DNA from: Polyangiales bacterium | GTDB taxonomy: Bacteria; Myxococcota_A; Polyangia; Polyangiales; JADJQN01 | DNA: 64,000 bases | Reading direction: 5' to 3' | NCBI GenBank assembly: GCA_964202905.1 | Contig: CAXNJO010000008.1 | Location: forward strand, 33,350-97,349 | Shown here: one piece after another, positions 52,978-62,090 of the stretch | How positions within the stretch are numbered: position 1 is the first letter of the stretch | How the letters are laid out: every line of letters begins with the position of its first letter | Program-made: the position numbers and the translations under genes | The notes under the pieces: model-generated | Told to the model about the DNA's origin: nothing | Databases searched by the model: none | The model's input: only the letters and a program-made list of their open reading frames with translations

Positions 52978-54024
52978 ATGCGCCGTCCCGTGCTCACCGC
53001 TGGCCGCTCCCATGTCCGCGCCGCCGTGCGCCTCGCCGTGTGCGCGCTGCCGCTCGCGGCCTCGCTCCTCGGCGCCGCGACGCCGGCCCGCGCAGGGGAG
53101 GCCGTCGCGCTCGCGGACATCGCCGCGGTGCACCGCGCGTGTCGCACCGCGTCGGGGCCCGGCGCGCGCTCGCTCTACGCCGTCGACGTCGCCGCGGGGA
53201 GCTGGCGCTTCGGCGGCCTGCAATTGAACGAGATCGCGAGCAGCGACGCGAGCGAGGTGACCGTCGCGGAGGGCGGCACGCTCTTCGTCGACACGCAGCA
53301 CAACCTGCGCATCGTGGGCGGCCGCGCGGAGCTGCTGCCGGCTGGGCTCGAGGCGATCGGCTTCACGGTGAGCCGTGAGCGCGCGCGGCTCCTCGAGCAG
53401 GCCCGCGGCGCGGGCGCGACGCTGCGGGTCGGGTTCTTCCTCGGCATGGACGGTCGCGACGGCACGCTCTGCGTCGTGCGTTCGGCGGTGGCCGTGAGCC
53501 TCGTGCGCGCGGAGGTCGCCTTCCTCGAGGTCGTGTCCGCGGACGGACGCGTGATCGCGCGCGAGGACACGGAGCGCCTGCGCGCGGTGCGCGACGACGA
53601 CGGCGAGGCGTCCGTCGAGGGCCCGCACGCGACGATCGGCGTGCCCTACGGCGCGACGGTGCCCGCGAGCTGGGAGGCGGCGCTCGTCGCAGCGCCGCGG
53701 GGCCCTGTGGGGCGCGCGCTCGCGGCATGCCACGCGGCGGGCCTCGCGCGGGGGGCTGCGCGGGACGGGAGCGTCGTCGTGCGGCTCGAGGTGTCGGCGC
53801 GGAGCGGCATCGTGCGCGCGGCCGAGGTGGAGATCGCCGCCAACGACGACGAAGCCGAGGCGGCGTGCATCGTGCGCGCGCTGCGGGGCGCGTCACTGCC
53901 GCCGCTCGCGGAGGCGCGCGAGGACCGCGCCGTCGTCCTCAGCGTGCCCGTGCGTCTCGGTGGTGAGGTTCGCGAGGTGTCCGCGCGTGCGCCGCGCGAG
54001 GCGGCTGCGGTCGTGGCCCCCTGA
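52978..54024 (+). CDS. secreted hypothetical protein with AgmX/PglI-like C-terminal domain
   Basis: ATG 52978 in track ORF 52942..54024. Signal AVCALPLAASLLGAATPARA. C-terminal SVVVRLEVSARSGIVRAAEVE...EAACIVRALRGASLPP. Confidence 0.65.
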   Translation: MRRPVLTAGRSHVRAAVRLAVCALPLAASLLGAATPARAGEAVALADIAAVHRACRTASGPGARSLYAVDVAAGSWRFGGLQLNEIASSDASEVTVAEGGTLFVDTQHNLRIVGGRAELLPAGLEAIGFTVSRERARLLEQARGAGATLRVGFFLGMDGRDGTLCVVRSAVAVSLVRAEVAFLEVVSADGRVIAREDTERLRAVRDDDGEASVEGPHATIGVPYGATVPASWEAALVAAPRGPVGRALAACHAAGLARGAARDGSVVVRLEVSARSGIVRAAEVEIAANDDEAEAACIVRALRGASLPPLAEAREDRAVVLSVPVRLGGEVREVSARAPREAAAVVAP

Positions 54025-54054
54025 GCCGCCGCGTGCGGCGCGTGCCGCGCGCCG

Positions 54055-55655
54055 TCACTCGAGCGGGATGACGACCTCGCGGGTCTCGCCGGCGGCGACG
54101 CGCGCGACACGACGCTTGACTAGCCCGTCGGCGCGCACGCGCACCACATGCTCGCCTTCGTCGAGCCGTGCGCGCACCGGCGAGCGGCCGAGCGCGCGGC
54201 CGTCGATCTCGACGAAACCCCACGGATAGGCCGTCACCACGAGCGTTCCGTCACGCGGCATGAGGGGCGTCGGGGCCGTCCGCGCGTCGCCTCGGGGCGT
54301 GCTGGGCGCCGCCGTGGAGGGCGCGCTGGGCGATGCCGTGGAGGGCACGCTGGGCGATGCCGCGGAGGGCACGCTGGGCGATGCCGCGGAGGGCACGCTG
54401 GGCGATGCCGCGGAGGGCACGCTGGGCGATGCCGTGGAGGGCACGCTGGGCGATGCCGCGGGGCGGGGCGCGGGCGCCGTCGGGGACGCTGCGGCGTGGG
54501 GCGTCGTGTCCCTGTGAACGGCGAGGGCGGCGGCGCCCGCGAGCGCGAGCAGCGCGAGCGCGGCAGCGAGGGCCCGCGTGTGGTGGTGTGCGGCCGCTCG
54601 CGGGCGCGGGTGGCGTGCGGTGCGGCGGGCGCGGCGAGGTGCGGGGCGGCCGCGGGCGGCGTCGCGGGCGGCGCGCTCGCGGACGTGCACGGGGGCGATT
54701 CCGTTTCAGGTTGCGCGCCTGAAAATGGATTGGATACGAGCGCTTGCGCGTCGTCGTCGGGGGCCACGGGGCGCACGCGATCGACCATCGCGCCGAGCGC
54801 GCGGCGCGCGCTGAGCGGCGGGGCGCCTGCGGACAACGCGTCGAGCACGGCGTTGGCGCTCGCCGGGCGCGCGTCGGGCGTGGGCGCGAGGAGCCGCTCG
54901 ACGAGCGCGACGAGCGCGGGCGGCGCGTGCGGGGCGAGCGGTCCGAGCGCGGGGCGCCGATCGCCGGCGAGGTTCGCGAGGGTCGCGAGCTCGGTCGGGC
55001 CGTCGAAGGGTCGCCGGCCCGCGAGCAGCTCGAAGCTCAGCACGCCGAGCGAGAAGAGATCGCTGCGCGCATCGACCGCGCCGCCGAGCGCCTGCTCGGG
55101 CGACATGTACGGCACCTTGCCCTTGATGCCGCTCGCGGTCGCGCGCTCCCCGCTCGTCTGCTTGGCGATCCCGAAGTCCGCGAGCTTCACGGCGCCTTCG
55201 CGCGAGAGGAGCACGTTCGATGGACTCACGTCGCGGTGCACGACCGCCGGGCGCGCCGCGTGGGCGTGCGCGAGCGCGCTGCAGACGTCGGTGAGGATGA
55301 GCACCACGAGGTCGATGGGCATCGGCTGTCCGAGCGCGCGCATCGCCCTGAGCAGCGCGCGCAGATCGACGCCGTCGACGAGCTCGAGCGCCATCCACCA
55401 CTGGCCTTCGTGCGCGCCGAAGTCGTAGACCTGCGCGATGTGCGGGTGCACGAGGCGCGCGGCGAGCCGCGCCTCGCCTTGGAACATCGCGACGAAGACC
55501 GGATCGGTGCAGAAGGCCGGGAGCACGCGCTTGACGCACACGCGCTGCGCGAAGCCCGCGACGCCGTGTCGCTCGGCGAGGAAGGTCTCCGCCATGCCGC
55601 CGTGTCCGAGGCGTCGCAGAAGCCGGAAGGGGCCGAAGTGCGGCGAGGCCGTCAT
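54055..55655 (-). pseudogene. Ser/Thr protein kinase with TM helix, ASPSVPSx repeats and C-terminal PEGA domain; kinase and TM/PEGA parts are in different frames (1-nt shift around 54560-54700)
   Basis: Kinase domain in track ORF 54234..55655 (LGHGGMAETF, VCVKRV, HRDVSPSN, DFGIAK, GKVPYMSPE). Its tail is repeat shadow (PRHRPACP x5). Track ORF 54055..54690 carries the basic stretch, TM ALAAALALLALAGAAALAV, (ASPSVPSx)n and PEGA-like GTLVVTAYPWGFVEIDGRALGRSPVRARLDEGEHVVRV. The neighbouring paralogue has this architecture in one frame. Confidence 0.8.
54302..54460 (-). repeat. 24-bp tandem coding repeat, about 6.6 copies (ASPSVPS[A/T] on the coding strand)
   Basis: Plus-strand unit CTGGGCGATGCCG(C/T)GGAGGGCA(C)G, starting at 54302, 54326, 54350, 54374, 54398, 54422 and 54446. 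Phased against the translation of track ORF 54260..54517 (LGDA[A/V]EGT). Confidence 0.9.
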
Positions 55656-55658
55656 GGC

Positions 55659-57791
55659 TCAGCGCAGCACGACGCGACGCCGCTCGCCGCGCGCGAGGTC
55701 GACCGCGAGGGTCGCTGCGCCAGCGCCGTCGCCGTCGCTCAGCACGTGATGGCCGGCTGCGAGCGGAACGCTCAGTGGCGCCGCGCCAACCTCCTGACCA
55801 TCGACGTAGATGGTGTGACCTCGTTCGCTGACGATGGTCAACAGCGCGCGCGCGCTGGGCGCGGAGGCGGACGCATCGGTCGCTGCGCGTTCGGCACGGT
55901 CGGCGCGCGCAGCGCTCGCGGTGCGTGTCCGCGCGCGCGACGCCGCAGTGGGGGGCGCCTCCGGTCGGGATGGCACGGCCGTACGCAGCGGGGCGTCCGG
56001 CGCAGCGGGCATCGGGGCCGCGTCGGCGGAGGGACGACGGAGCCCGTCGGAGGACGCCGCGGGTGGCGCGTCGCGCGCGGGGGCGGGCGTCGCGGGCGCC
56101 GGCGGACGTGGAGGCTCGGCGGGGGGGTGCGGGGCGGACGCGGCTGCGCGCGGGCGGGCACCCTGGGCGGGCGTGGCGTTCGTGGGCGCGGTGTCCGCGT
56201 GAGCCGGCGTGCGTGGGCGCCGAGACGCGACGGCGACGGCCGCGAGGATCGACGCGGCGAGCGTGGCGGCGCCGAGCGCGAGGCGCGTGCGCGCTCGGGC
56301 CGCATGCCGCCGGCGTTGCGGGTCGGGGGCGGTCGGGACCGTCGACGCGGGCGGTGCAGCGGGGGCCTCGTCCGCGTGGGCGGGCGCACCGGCGACGTCG
56401 GCATGTGGGCGCGGCGCCGGGGTGCCCTCGATGCTCGCCTCGACGGGTGCCAGCGGGTCGTCGACGGGGGCGTGGTTCGTCGCGTCGACGCGGGTGCGCG
56501 TCCCGCCTTCGTCGGCGTCGGGCCCGGTCTCGCGCACGCCGGACCACGCGGTGCGCGTGGCCGCATCGTGCGCCGCTGCCGCGTAGGGGCGCGCGGGGAG
56601 GGGGGCCGCCGCGCGGGTTGCGTCCGTGAGCAGGGCCGTCCGCGGATCGGGCGCGGTCGTGTCGTCGGGGGCAAGCGGTGACGTCGCCGCCCCCGATGGC
56701 GCGGGCCCTGCGGGGGGCGGCGTCGCGGAGGCTGTCAGGAAGCGCGTCGCGGACGCGTGCGCCGGCGCCGCGGTCGTCCCGGTGTGCGCCCCCGCGGGCA
56801 CCGTCGTCGCCGCGACCGACGTCGCCGCGAGGGGATCGACGTGCTGTCCGTGCCCTTCCTCGGGGCGCCGCGCGGCCTGCACGCGCTTGACCTGCTCGCC
56901 GAGGATCCGCCGCGCGGTCGGGGGTGGGACGACGTCGACGAGCGCGTCGAGCAACGCCGTGGCGTTCGGCGTGCGCGAGTCGGGGGACGGGGCGAGGAGG
57001 CCCTCGATCGCGGCGATGAGCGCGGGTGGCGCCGTGGGGCAGTGGGCGCCGAGCGGTGTGCGCGCGCCACGCTCGAGGTTGCTGAGCGTCTCGACGTCGC
57101 TGCGCCCGTCGAAGGGGCGTACGCCCGCGAGCGCTTCGTACAGCAGCACGCCGAGCGCGAAGAGGTCGACGCGGCGATCGACCACGCCGCGCAGCGCGTA
57201 CTCCGGCGCCATGTACGGCACCTTCCCCCGCACCGCGCGCGTCGACGTCGCGAGGTTGTCGGTGATGGCGCGGGCGATCCCGAAATCCGCGAGCTTCACC
57301 TCGCCTGCCGCGCTCAAGAGCACGTTCGATGGCGAGAGGTCGCGGTGCACGATGGCCTCCGCGCCGCCGTGCGCGATCTCGAGCGCGGTCGCGAGCTCCA
57401 CGGCGAGGAAGGCGACGAGACCCGACGTGAGCCCGCCCCCCGGTGCGCCCGGCGCGAGGCCCGCGCGCGTCCGCTCGACGCGCAGCAGCTCGCGCAGGTC
57501 GCAGCCCTCGACGAGCTCGAGCGCGAGGTAGTGCGCGCCGTCCGCGACGCCGAAGTCGATGACCTGCACGATGTTCGCGTGTCGCAGCCTCGCCGCGAGG
57601 CGCGCCTCGTCGCGGAAGAGCCGAACGAAGGCGGGGTCGTCGCCCACCGCGGGGAGGATGCGCTTCACGCACACGCGCTGCTCGAAGCCGCCCGGCCCCG
57701 TGCGCACGGCCTCGAAGGTCTCCGCCATCCCGCCCGCGCCGAGCCTGCGGACGAGCGTGAAGGGTCCGAATGTACGGGTCATTCCGGACAT
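55659..57791 (-). CDS. Ser/Thr protein kinase with long Pro/Ala-rich linker, TM helix and C-terminal PEGA-like domain
   Basis: Track ORF 55659..57791. LGAGGMAETF, VCVKRI, HRDLSPSN, DFGIAR, GKVPYMAPE. TM LALGAATLAASILAAVAVA. C-terminal ALLTIVSERGHTIYVDGQEVGAAPLSVPLAAGHHVL. Stop is 3 nt before the next kinase start. Confidence 0.9.
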   Translation of the reverse strand: MSGMTRTFGPFTLVRRLGAGGMAETFEAVRTGPGGFEQRVCVKRILPAVGDDPAFVRLFRDEARLAARLRHANIVQVIDFGVADGAHYLALELVEGCDLRELLRVERTRAGLAPGAPGGGLTSGLVAFLAVELATALEIAHGGAEAIVHRDLSPSNVLLSAAGEVKLADFGIARAITDNLATSTRAVRGKVPYMAPEYALRGVVDRRVDLFALGVLLYEALAGVRPFDGRSDVETLSNLERGARTPLGAHCPTAPPALIAAIEGLLAPSPDSRTPNATALLDALVDVVPPPTARRILGEQVKRVQAARRPEEGHGQHVDPLAATSVAATTVPAGAHTGTTAAPAHASATRFLTASATPPPAGPAPSGAATSPLAPDDTTAPDPRTALLTDATRAAAPLPARPYAAAAHDAATRTAWSGVRETGPDADEGGTRTRVDATNHAPVDDPLAPVEASIEGTPAPRPHADVAGAPAHADEAPAAPPASTVPTAPDPQRRRHAARARTRLALGAATLAASILAAVAVASRRPRTPAHADTAPTNATPAQGARPRAAASAPHPPAEPPRPPAPATPAPARDAPPAASSDGLRRPSADAAPMPAAPDAPLRTAVPSRPEAPPTAASRARTRTASAARADRAERAATDASASAPSARALLTIVSERGHTIYVDGQEVGAAPLSVPLAAGHHVLSDGDGAGAATLAVDLARGERRRVVLR

Positions 57792-57983
57792 CGCGGAGAG
57801 ACGGTAACACCGGGCCCGCGTACCGCGGAACCCCTCTCTGCGAGGCTACGGTCACGCCATCCCCATGTCCGCGCGCCCCAGCGCCTGCGGACCAGGGCCG
57901 AGCGCGGCACGCCTCGACGCCGCGCGCAGGCGGCACGCGCCGTCACCGCGGCGCCCGCCGAGCCTCCGTCGTGATTGGCGTCG

Positions 57984-59486
57984 TCAGTCGAGCGAGAGGC
58001 CCGGCCAGACGGGGAGCGGCCCCGCGGCGACCGTGGGCAGGAGCACCGCGAGCGGGTACACGCACTGCGCGCCCGCGAGCAGCCCCGCGGGGCGGTGGTT
58101 GCCGCTGTCCTTGAGGCCGCCGAAGGGCAGGCGCCCGCTCGCCCCGGCGCTCGAGCGGTTCCAGTGCACGACGCCGACCTCGAGCTCGTCGGCGAGCGCC
58201 TCGAAGCGCGCGCGCGAGGCCGTGTACACGGCGCAGGCGAGCCCGAACCGCGACGCGTTGGCGAGCGCGAGGGCTTCGTCGGCGTCGTCGACGACGGTGA
58301 CCGCCAGATCCGGCCCGAACAGCTCGGCGTCCGAGTAGCCGTCGACCGGGGCCGCGCCCGGCGGGGCACGGTGCACGGCGGGGCGCACGTACCAGCCGCG
58401 GCGGCCCGGCACGTCGACGGCGCCACCCGCCGCGAGGGCCTCGTAGCCCGCGTCGCGCGCGCGCCGCTGGGCCGCGAGCAGGTGCGCGCGGGAGCCCTCG
58501 GAGATGACCGGCCCCATGAACACGCCCGCGTCGAGCGGGTGCCCGACGACGACGCGCTCGGCGGCCTCGCGCAGCCGCGCGCAGAGGTGGTCGGCGACGC
58601 CGCGCTGGACGATCACCCGCGACGTCGCGGTGCAGCGCTGCCCGGCGGTCGCGAAGCCGCTGAACGCGAGCTCGCGGGCCGTGCGCTCGACGTCGCAATC
58701 GTCGAGCACGATCGAGGCGTTCTTCCCGCCGAGCTCGAGCTGCACCAGCTTGCCAGGCGTCTGCGCGGTCGCCGCGAGGATCTTCTGGCCGACCGCGAGC
58801 GAACCCGTGAAGAGAACGCCGTCGACGCCCGGGTGCGCGACGAGCGCCGCAGCGAGCGTGCCCGGGCCCTGCACGAGCTGGATCGTCCCGGGGGGGAAGC
58901 CCGCCTCGTCGAAGCAGCGCGCCATCCACGCCGCGGTCCCCGGCGCGCGCTCGCTCGGCTTGAAGATCACGCAGTTGCCCGCGAAGAGCGCGGGCACGAT
59001 CTGCCCGTTGGGGAGGTGACCGGGGAAGTTGAAGGGCCCGAGCACGGCGAGCACGCCATGCGGCCGATGGCGGATCTCACCCGGCAGATCGGCGATCACC
59101 TCGTCGCGCGTGAAGCGGGCCGCTTCGCCGACCGAGACGTCGACCTTCGTGATCATCGCGGCGACCTCGCTCTGCGCCTCCCAGAGCGGCTTGCCGACCT
59201 CGCGCGCGATGGTGCGTGCGATCGCGTCCGCGTGCGCGCGCAGACGCTCCTGGTACGCGCGCAACAGCGTCGCGCGGGCGGTGGCGCCGAGCGTGCGGAA
59301 GGCGCGTCGCGCGTCGCGCGCGGCGTCGACGGCGAGGTCGAGGTGCGCGTGCGCGAACGGAAAACGACCGACGAGATCGTCCTGATCAGCGGGGCTTCGG
59401 ACCTCGAGCGCGCCGTCGGCGTGTGCGGGCGGCGTGAGGCGTCCGGCGAGGTAGTCCCCTGCGGCGAGGTGCGCGGCGTCGTGCAT
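57984..59486 (-). CDS. astD: N-succinylglutamate 5-semialdehyde dehydrogenase-like aldehyde dehydrogenase
   Basis: ATG 59486 (MHDAAHLAAGDYLAG...) in track ORF 57984..62432 (500 aa). Long blocks match my recollection of E. coli AstD: GKPLWEAQSEV, HRPHGVLAVLGPFNFPGHLPNGQIVPALFAGN, ELGGKN, AGQRCT, FGGLKDSGNHRP. No other ast genes are adjacent. Confidence 0.85.
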   Translation of the reverse strand: MHDAAHLAAGDYLAGRLTPPAHADGALEVRSPADQDDLVGRFPFAHAHLDLAVDAARDARRAFRTLGATARATLLRAYQERLRAHADAIARTIAREVGKPLWEAQSEVAAMITKVDVSVGEAARFTRDEVIADLPGEIRHRPHGVLAVLGPFNFPGHLPNGQIVPALFAGNCVIFKPSERAPGTAAWMARCFDEAGFPPGTIQLVQGPGTLAAALVAHPGVDGVLFTGSLAVGQKILAATAQTPGKLVQLELGGKNASIVLDDCDVERTARELAFSGFATAGQRCTATSRVIVQRGVADHLCARLREAAERVVVGHPLDAGVFMGPVISEGSRAHLLAAQRRARDAGYEALAAGGAVDVPGRRGWYVRPAVHRAPPGAAPVDGYSDAELFGPDLAVTVVDDADEALALANASRFGLACAVYTASRARFEALADELEVGVVHWNRSSAGASGRLPFGGLKDSGNHRPAGLLAGAQCVYPLAVLLPTVAAGPLPVWPGLSLD

Positions 59487-59654
59487 CCGCGGGGCATGCC
59501 ACCCGGAGCGCGGGGGCGCACGCAGCGCGCGGAGAGCCGCGCGGCGCGAGGCGGGCCGCCGCCGTGCACGCGGGGGCCGTCGCGGCTGGCGGTCGCCGTG
59601 CGGGCGCGATACGCCAGCCGACGCGTCGCGCGCGCGGCGCAGGGAGAAGCACCG

Positions 59655-60959
59655 ATGCACGCGATGGACGGGGATCGGGGTCGTCCGCAGGGTGGACACG
59701 GGGCGCGCGTCGCCGGTGTGGCGTTGCTCGCGTGGCTCGCGCTCGGAGCCGCAGGGCCGCGGGGCGCCCGCGCGCAGGACGCGCAACTCCTCATCGATCT
59801 CGCGTCGACGGCGGAGGAGGGCGGCGCCGACACGCGCGAAGCGCTCGCGCAGGCGGCGGGATCGCTGCGGGCGGCGCAGCAGCGGGCGGTCCCGCTGACG
59901 CTGCCGGCCGGGCGCTGCGTGCTCGTCGCGGCGCGCGCGTCGGGCGGCCTCGAGAACGTGGACGTCGCGATCGCGCGCGGCCGCACGGTGCTCGCGCGCG
60001 ACACCGACACGGGTCGCGCCGCGATGGCGCGCCACTGCGCGGGCCCGGCTGCCGAGCGCCTCGAGATGCGCGCGCGTGCCTTCCGCGGTGCCGGGCCCTT
60101 CGCGCTCGCGGCGTATCTGCTCCCGGCGCAGGCGGCGGGCGGCGCGGCCGCGGTGGGCGCGGCGCCTCCCGCGGCGACGGGGCTGCTCGATCGCCTCGCG
60201 GCGCGGGTGGTCGCATCGGGCAGCGACATGGTCCTGGTGACCGCGCCGGCGCGCGAGGTCCTCGCGCCGGGGCAGCGTGTCGAGCGTGACGTGCCGCTCG
60301 CGCCCGGACGCTGCTACCGCGTGCTCGTCGCCGCCGAGGATGGCGTGCTCGACGTCGACCTCGCGCTGCGTGCCCCGGGCGCGCGGGGCGACGAGACGCT
60401 GCAGGCGGACGGCACGCACGAGGCGGCCGCGTCGCTCGGCCTGCTGCGTCCGCTCTGTCCGCCGACGCCCGGCGTGTACCGGCTCGCCATCTCGCTCGTC
60501 GCGGGGCAGGGCGCGATCGCCTGGCAGGTGCTCGGCTCCGCGGCCGGGCCCGCCCCCGCGGTCGAGGTCGCGCGCGCGCCGGCCTTCCGCGTCGGCGGCG
60601 CGGGCACGGACTTCGTCGCGCAGCGCCTCCGCGCGCGGCATGCGGCGGTCGGGGAGGGGCGTGACGCCGTGATCGACGTGCGCGCGGGGCAGCTGCGCAC
60701 GAGCGAGTCGATCGAGCAGGAGGTGCGCGTCGAGGCGGGGCGCTGCTACGTCGTGCTCGGTGCCGGTGCGCCGTCCGTCGCTGAGCTCGACCTCCTCGTG
60801 CGGGACGCGCTCGGCAACGAGCTCGCGCGGGACGCGGAGCGCGACGCCTTCCCGCGGGCGCGCTTCTGCCCCCTGACGTCGGCCCCCGTGCGGATCGTCG
60901 CCCGCATGTTCCGCGGCTACGGGCCGTTCGGCGTGCAGGTCTTCGGCGGCCCGCGCTGA
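59655..60959 (+). CDS. secreted protein with three internal repeats of a Cys-bracketed ~110-aa domain
   Basis: ATG 59655 in the frame of track ORF 57975..60959. Signal VAGVALLAWLALGAAGPRGARAQ. Repeats LPAGRCVLVAARA...HCAGP...GAGPFALAAY / LAPGRCYRVLVAAEDG...LCPPTPGVY...GAIAWQV / VEAGRCYVVLGAGAP...FCPLTSAP...GYGPFGVQVF. Confidence 0.7.
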   Translation: MHAMDGDRGRPQGGHGARVAGVALLAWLALGAAGPRGARAQDAQLLIDLASTAEEGGADTREALAQAAGSLRAAQQRAVPLTLPAGRCVLVAARASGGLENVDVAIARGRTVLARDTDTGRAAMARHCAGPAAERLEMRARAFRGAGPFALAAYLLPAQAAGGAAAVGAAPPAATGLLDRLAARVVASGSDMVLVTAPAREVLAPGQRVERDVPLAPGRCYRVLVAAEDGVLDVDLALRAPGARGDETLQADGTHEAAASLGLLRPLCPPTPGVYRLAISLVAGQGAIAWQVLGSAAGPAPAVEVARAPAFRVGGAGTDFVAQRLRARHAAVGEGRDAVIDVRAGQLRTSESIEQEVRVEAGRCYVVLGAGAPSVAELDLLVRDALGNELARDAERDAFPRARFCPLTSAPVRIVARMFRGYGPFGVQVFGGPR

Positions 60960-60975
60960 GCCCGGCGCGCCTCCG

Positions 60976-60999
60976 AACGCCGAGAAAAATCGGCGTTTT
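60976..60999 (+). terminator. intrinsic terminator-like hairpin with short T-run after the 60959 stop
   Basis: aacgccga-gaaaaa-tcggcgtt followed by tt(g). 8-bp stem in a locally AT-richer convergent spacer. Confidence 0.45.
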
Positions 61000-61081
61000 G
61001 CGATGGTGTGCGGGCACTTCGTGAAGTCGTCGTCGCCGCGATGCGCCGATCTCGCGCTCGCCCTCGCGGCGCGCGCCGGCC

Positions 61082-62014
61082 TCAGAACTGGGTCGCCGCG
61101 AAGAGGCTGAGGACGGGCCCGCCCGACTGGCGCCGGACACCGGCGATGCCCCCCTCGATCGTCATCCCGAGGTACCAGCGCGGGACGAACTGCCACTCGC
61201 CTTCGAGCCCGAAGCCCGTGTAGGCGGTGCCGTTCACGATGCCGCTCGGGCTCTCCCCGCGCGGCGCGGAACCGCGGACGACCGGGTGCCACCCCGTCGC
61301 GCGCAGCCGCCCGCTCAGCGTCGCGGAGAAGCGCCCGCCGACCTCCGCCGTCCACGTGAGCACGTCGTCCCAGCCGCCGCTCCGGAGCACGTAGCCGAGC
61401 GAGCCCGCCGCGTAGACGGTGTCCCACCCGTAGCCCACGGCGAGCGCGCCCATCCCGCGGAAGACGCCGCTGCCGATGTGCAGGCTCGCCAGCTGCGCGT
61501 GCGGGGTCTCCCGCGCGAACACGGGGCCCTGTGCGCGCGAGGTCGCGAGGGGCACGCCGAGTCCGAGCTCCGCCGCGGCGACGAAGCGCCCGACCCGCGC
61601 GAAGCGCCAGCGTCCGCCGACCATCGGATCGCCGGGCCCGACGACGGCGCGCGTGTCGCCCCCGGGCCGCGGATCCGCGAGCACGAAGCCCTGCGCGAGC
61701 GGCGCGTGCAGCCAGAGCGCGACGCCCTCGGCGACCCCGACCTCCGCCCACGCGTTCGCGAACACCTCGTGGTACGTGCCGAACGCCGTCGACTCGCCGC
61801 GCCCGTCGAGGTAGCCGAAGCCCGGCAGCCACTTGAGCCAGACCTTCGCGTAGCCGTGCCCCGGTCGCGGCGTCCACGGCGACGCGCTCGCCCGGGTCGG
61901 CGTGCCGAAGAGCACCGCGGCCGCGAGCAACGATGCGATCACGCCCGCGCGCGCAGCCGCGCGAGCCGCGCCGAACACGAAGGAGTCGCGGCCGGCGTCG
62001 TCGGGGGGCGTCAT
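61082..62014 (-). CDS. outer-membrane beta-barrel-type protein (hypothetical)
   Basis: ATG 62014 (MTPPDDAGRDSFVFGAARAAARAGVIASLLAAAVLFG...) in track ORF 61082..62410. Alternating beta-strand pattern, Gly/aromatic-rich. C-terminal ...LSLFAATQF ends in Phe. Confidence 0.7.
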   Translation of the reverse strand: MTPPDDAGRDSFVFGAARAAARAGVIASLLAAAVLFGTPTRASASPWTPRPGHGYAKVWLKWLPGFGYLDGRGESTAFGTYHEVFANAWAEVGVAEGVALWLHAPLAQGFVLADPRPGGDTRAVVGPGDPMVGGRWRFARVGRFVAAAELGLGVPLATSRAQGPVFARETPHAQLASLHIGSGVFRGMGALAVGYGWDTVYAAGSLGYVLRSGGWDDVLTWTAEVGGRFSATLSGRLRATGWHPVVRGSAPRGESPSGIVNGTAYTGFGLEGEWQFVPRWYLGMTIEGGIAGVRRQSGGPVLSLFAATQF

Positions 62015-62090
62015 GCCGGCAGCATCCCACGCTGCGCCGCGGCACGTCTGCGGCGAGTGCGACGGCGCGCGCGGGCGCATACTCCGCCGC

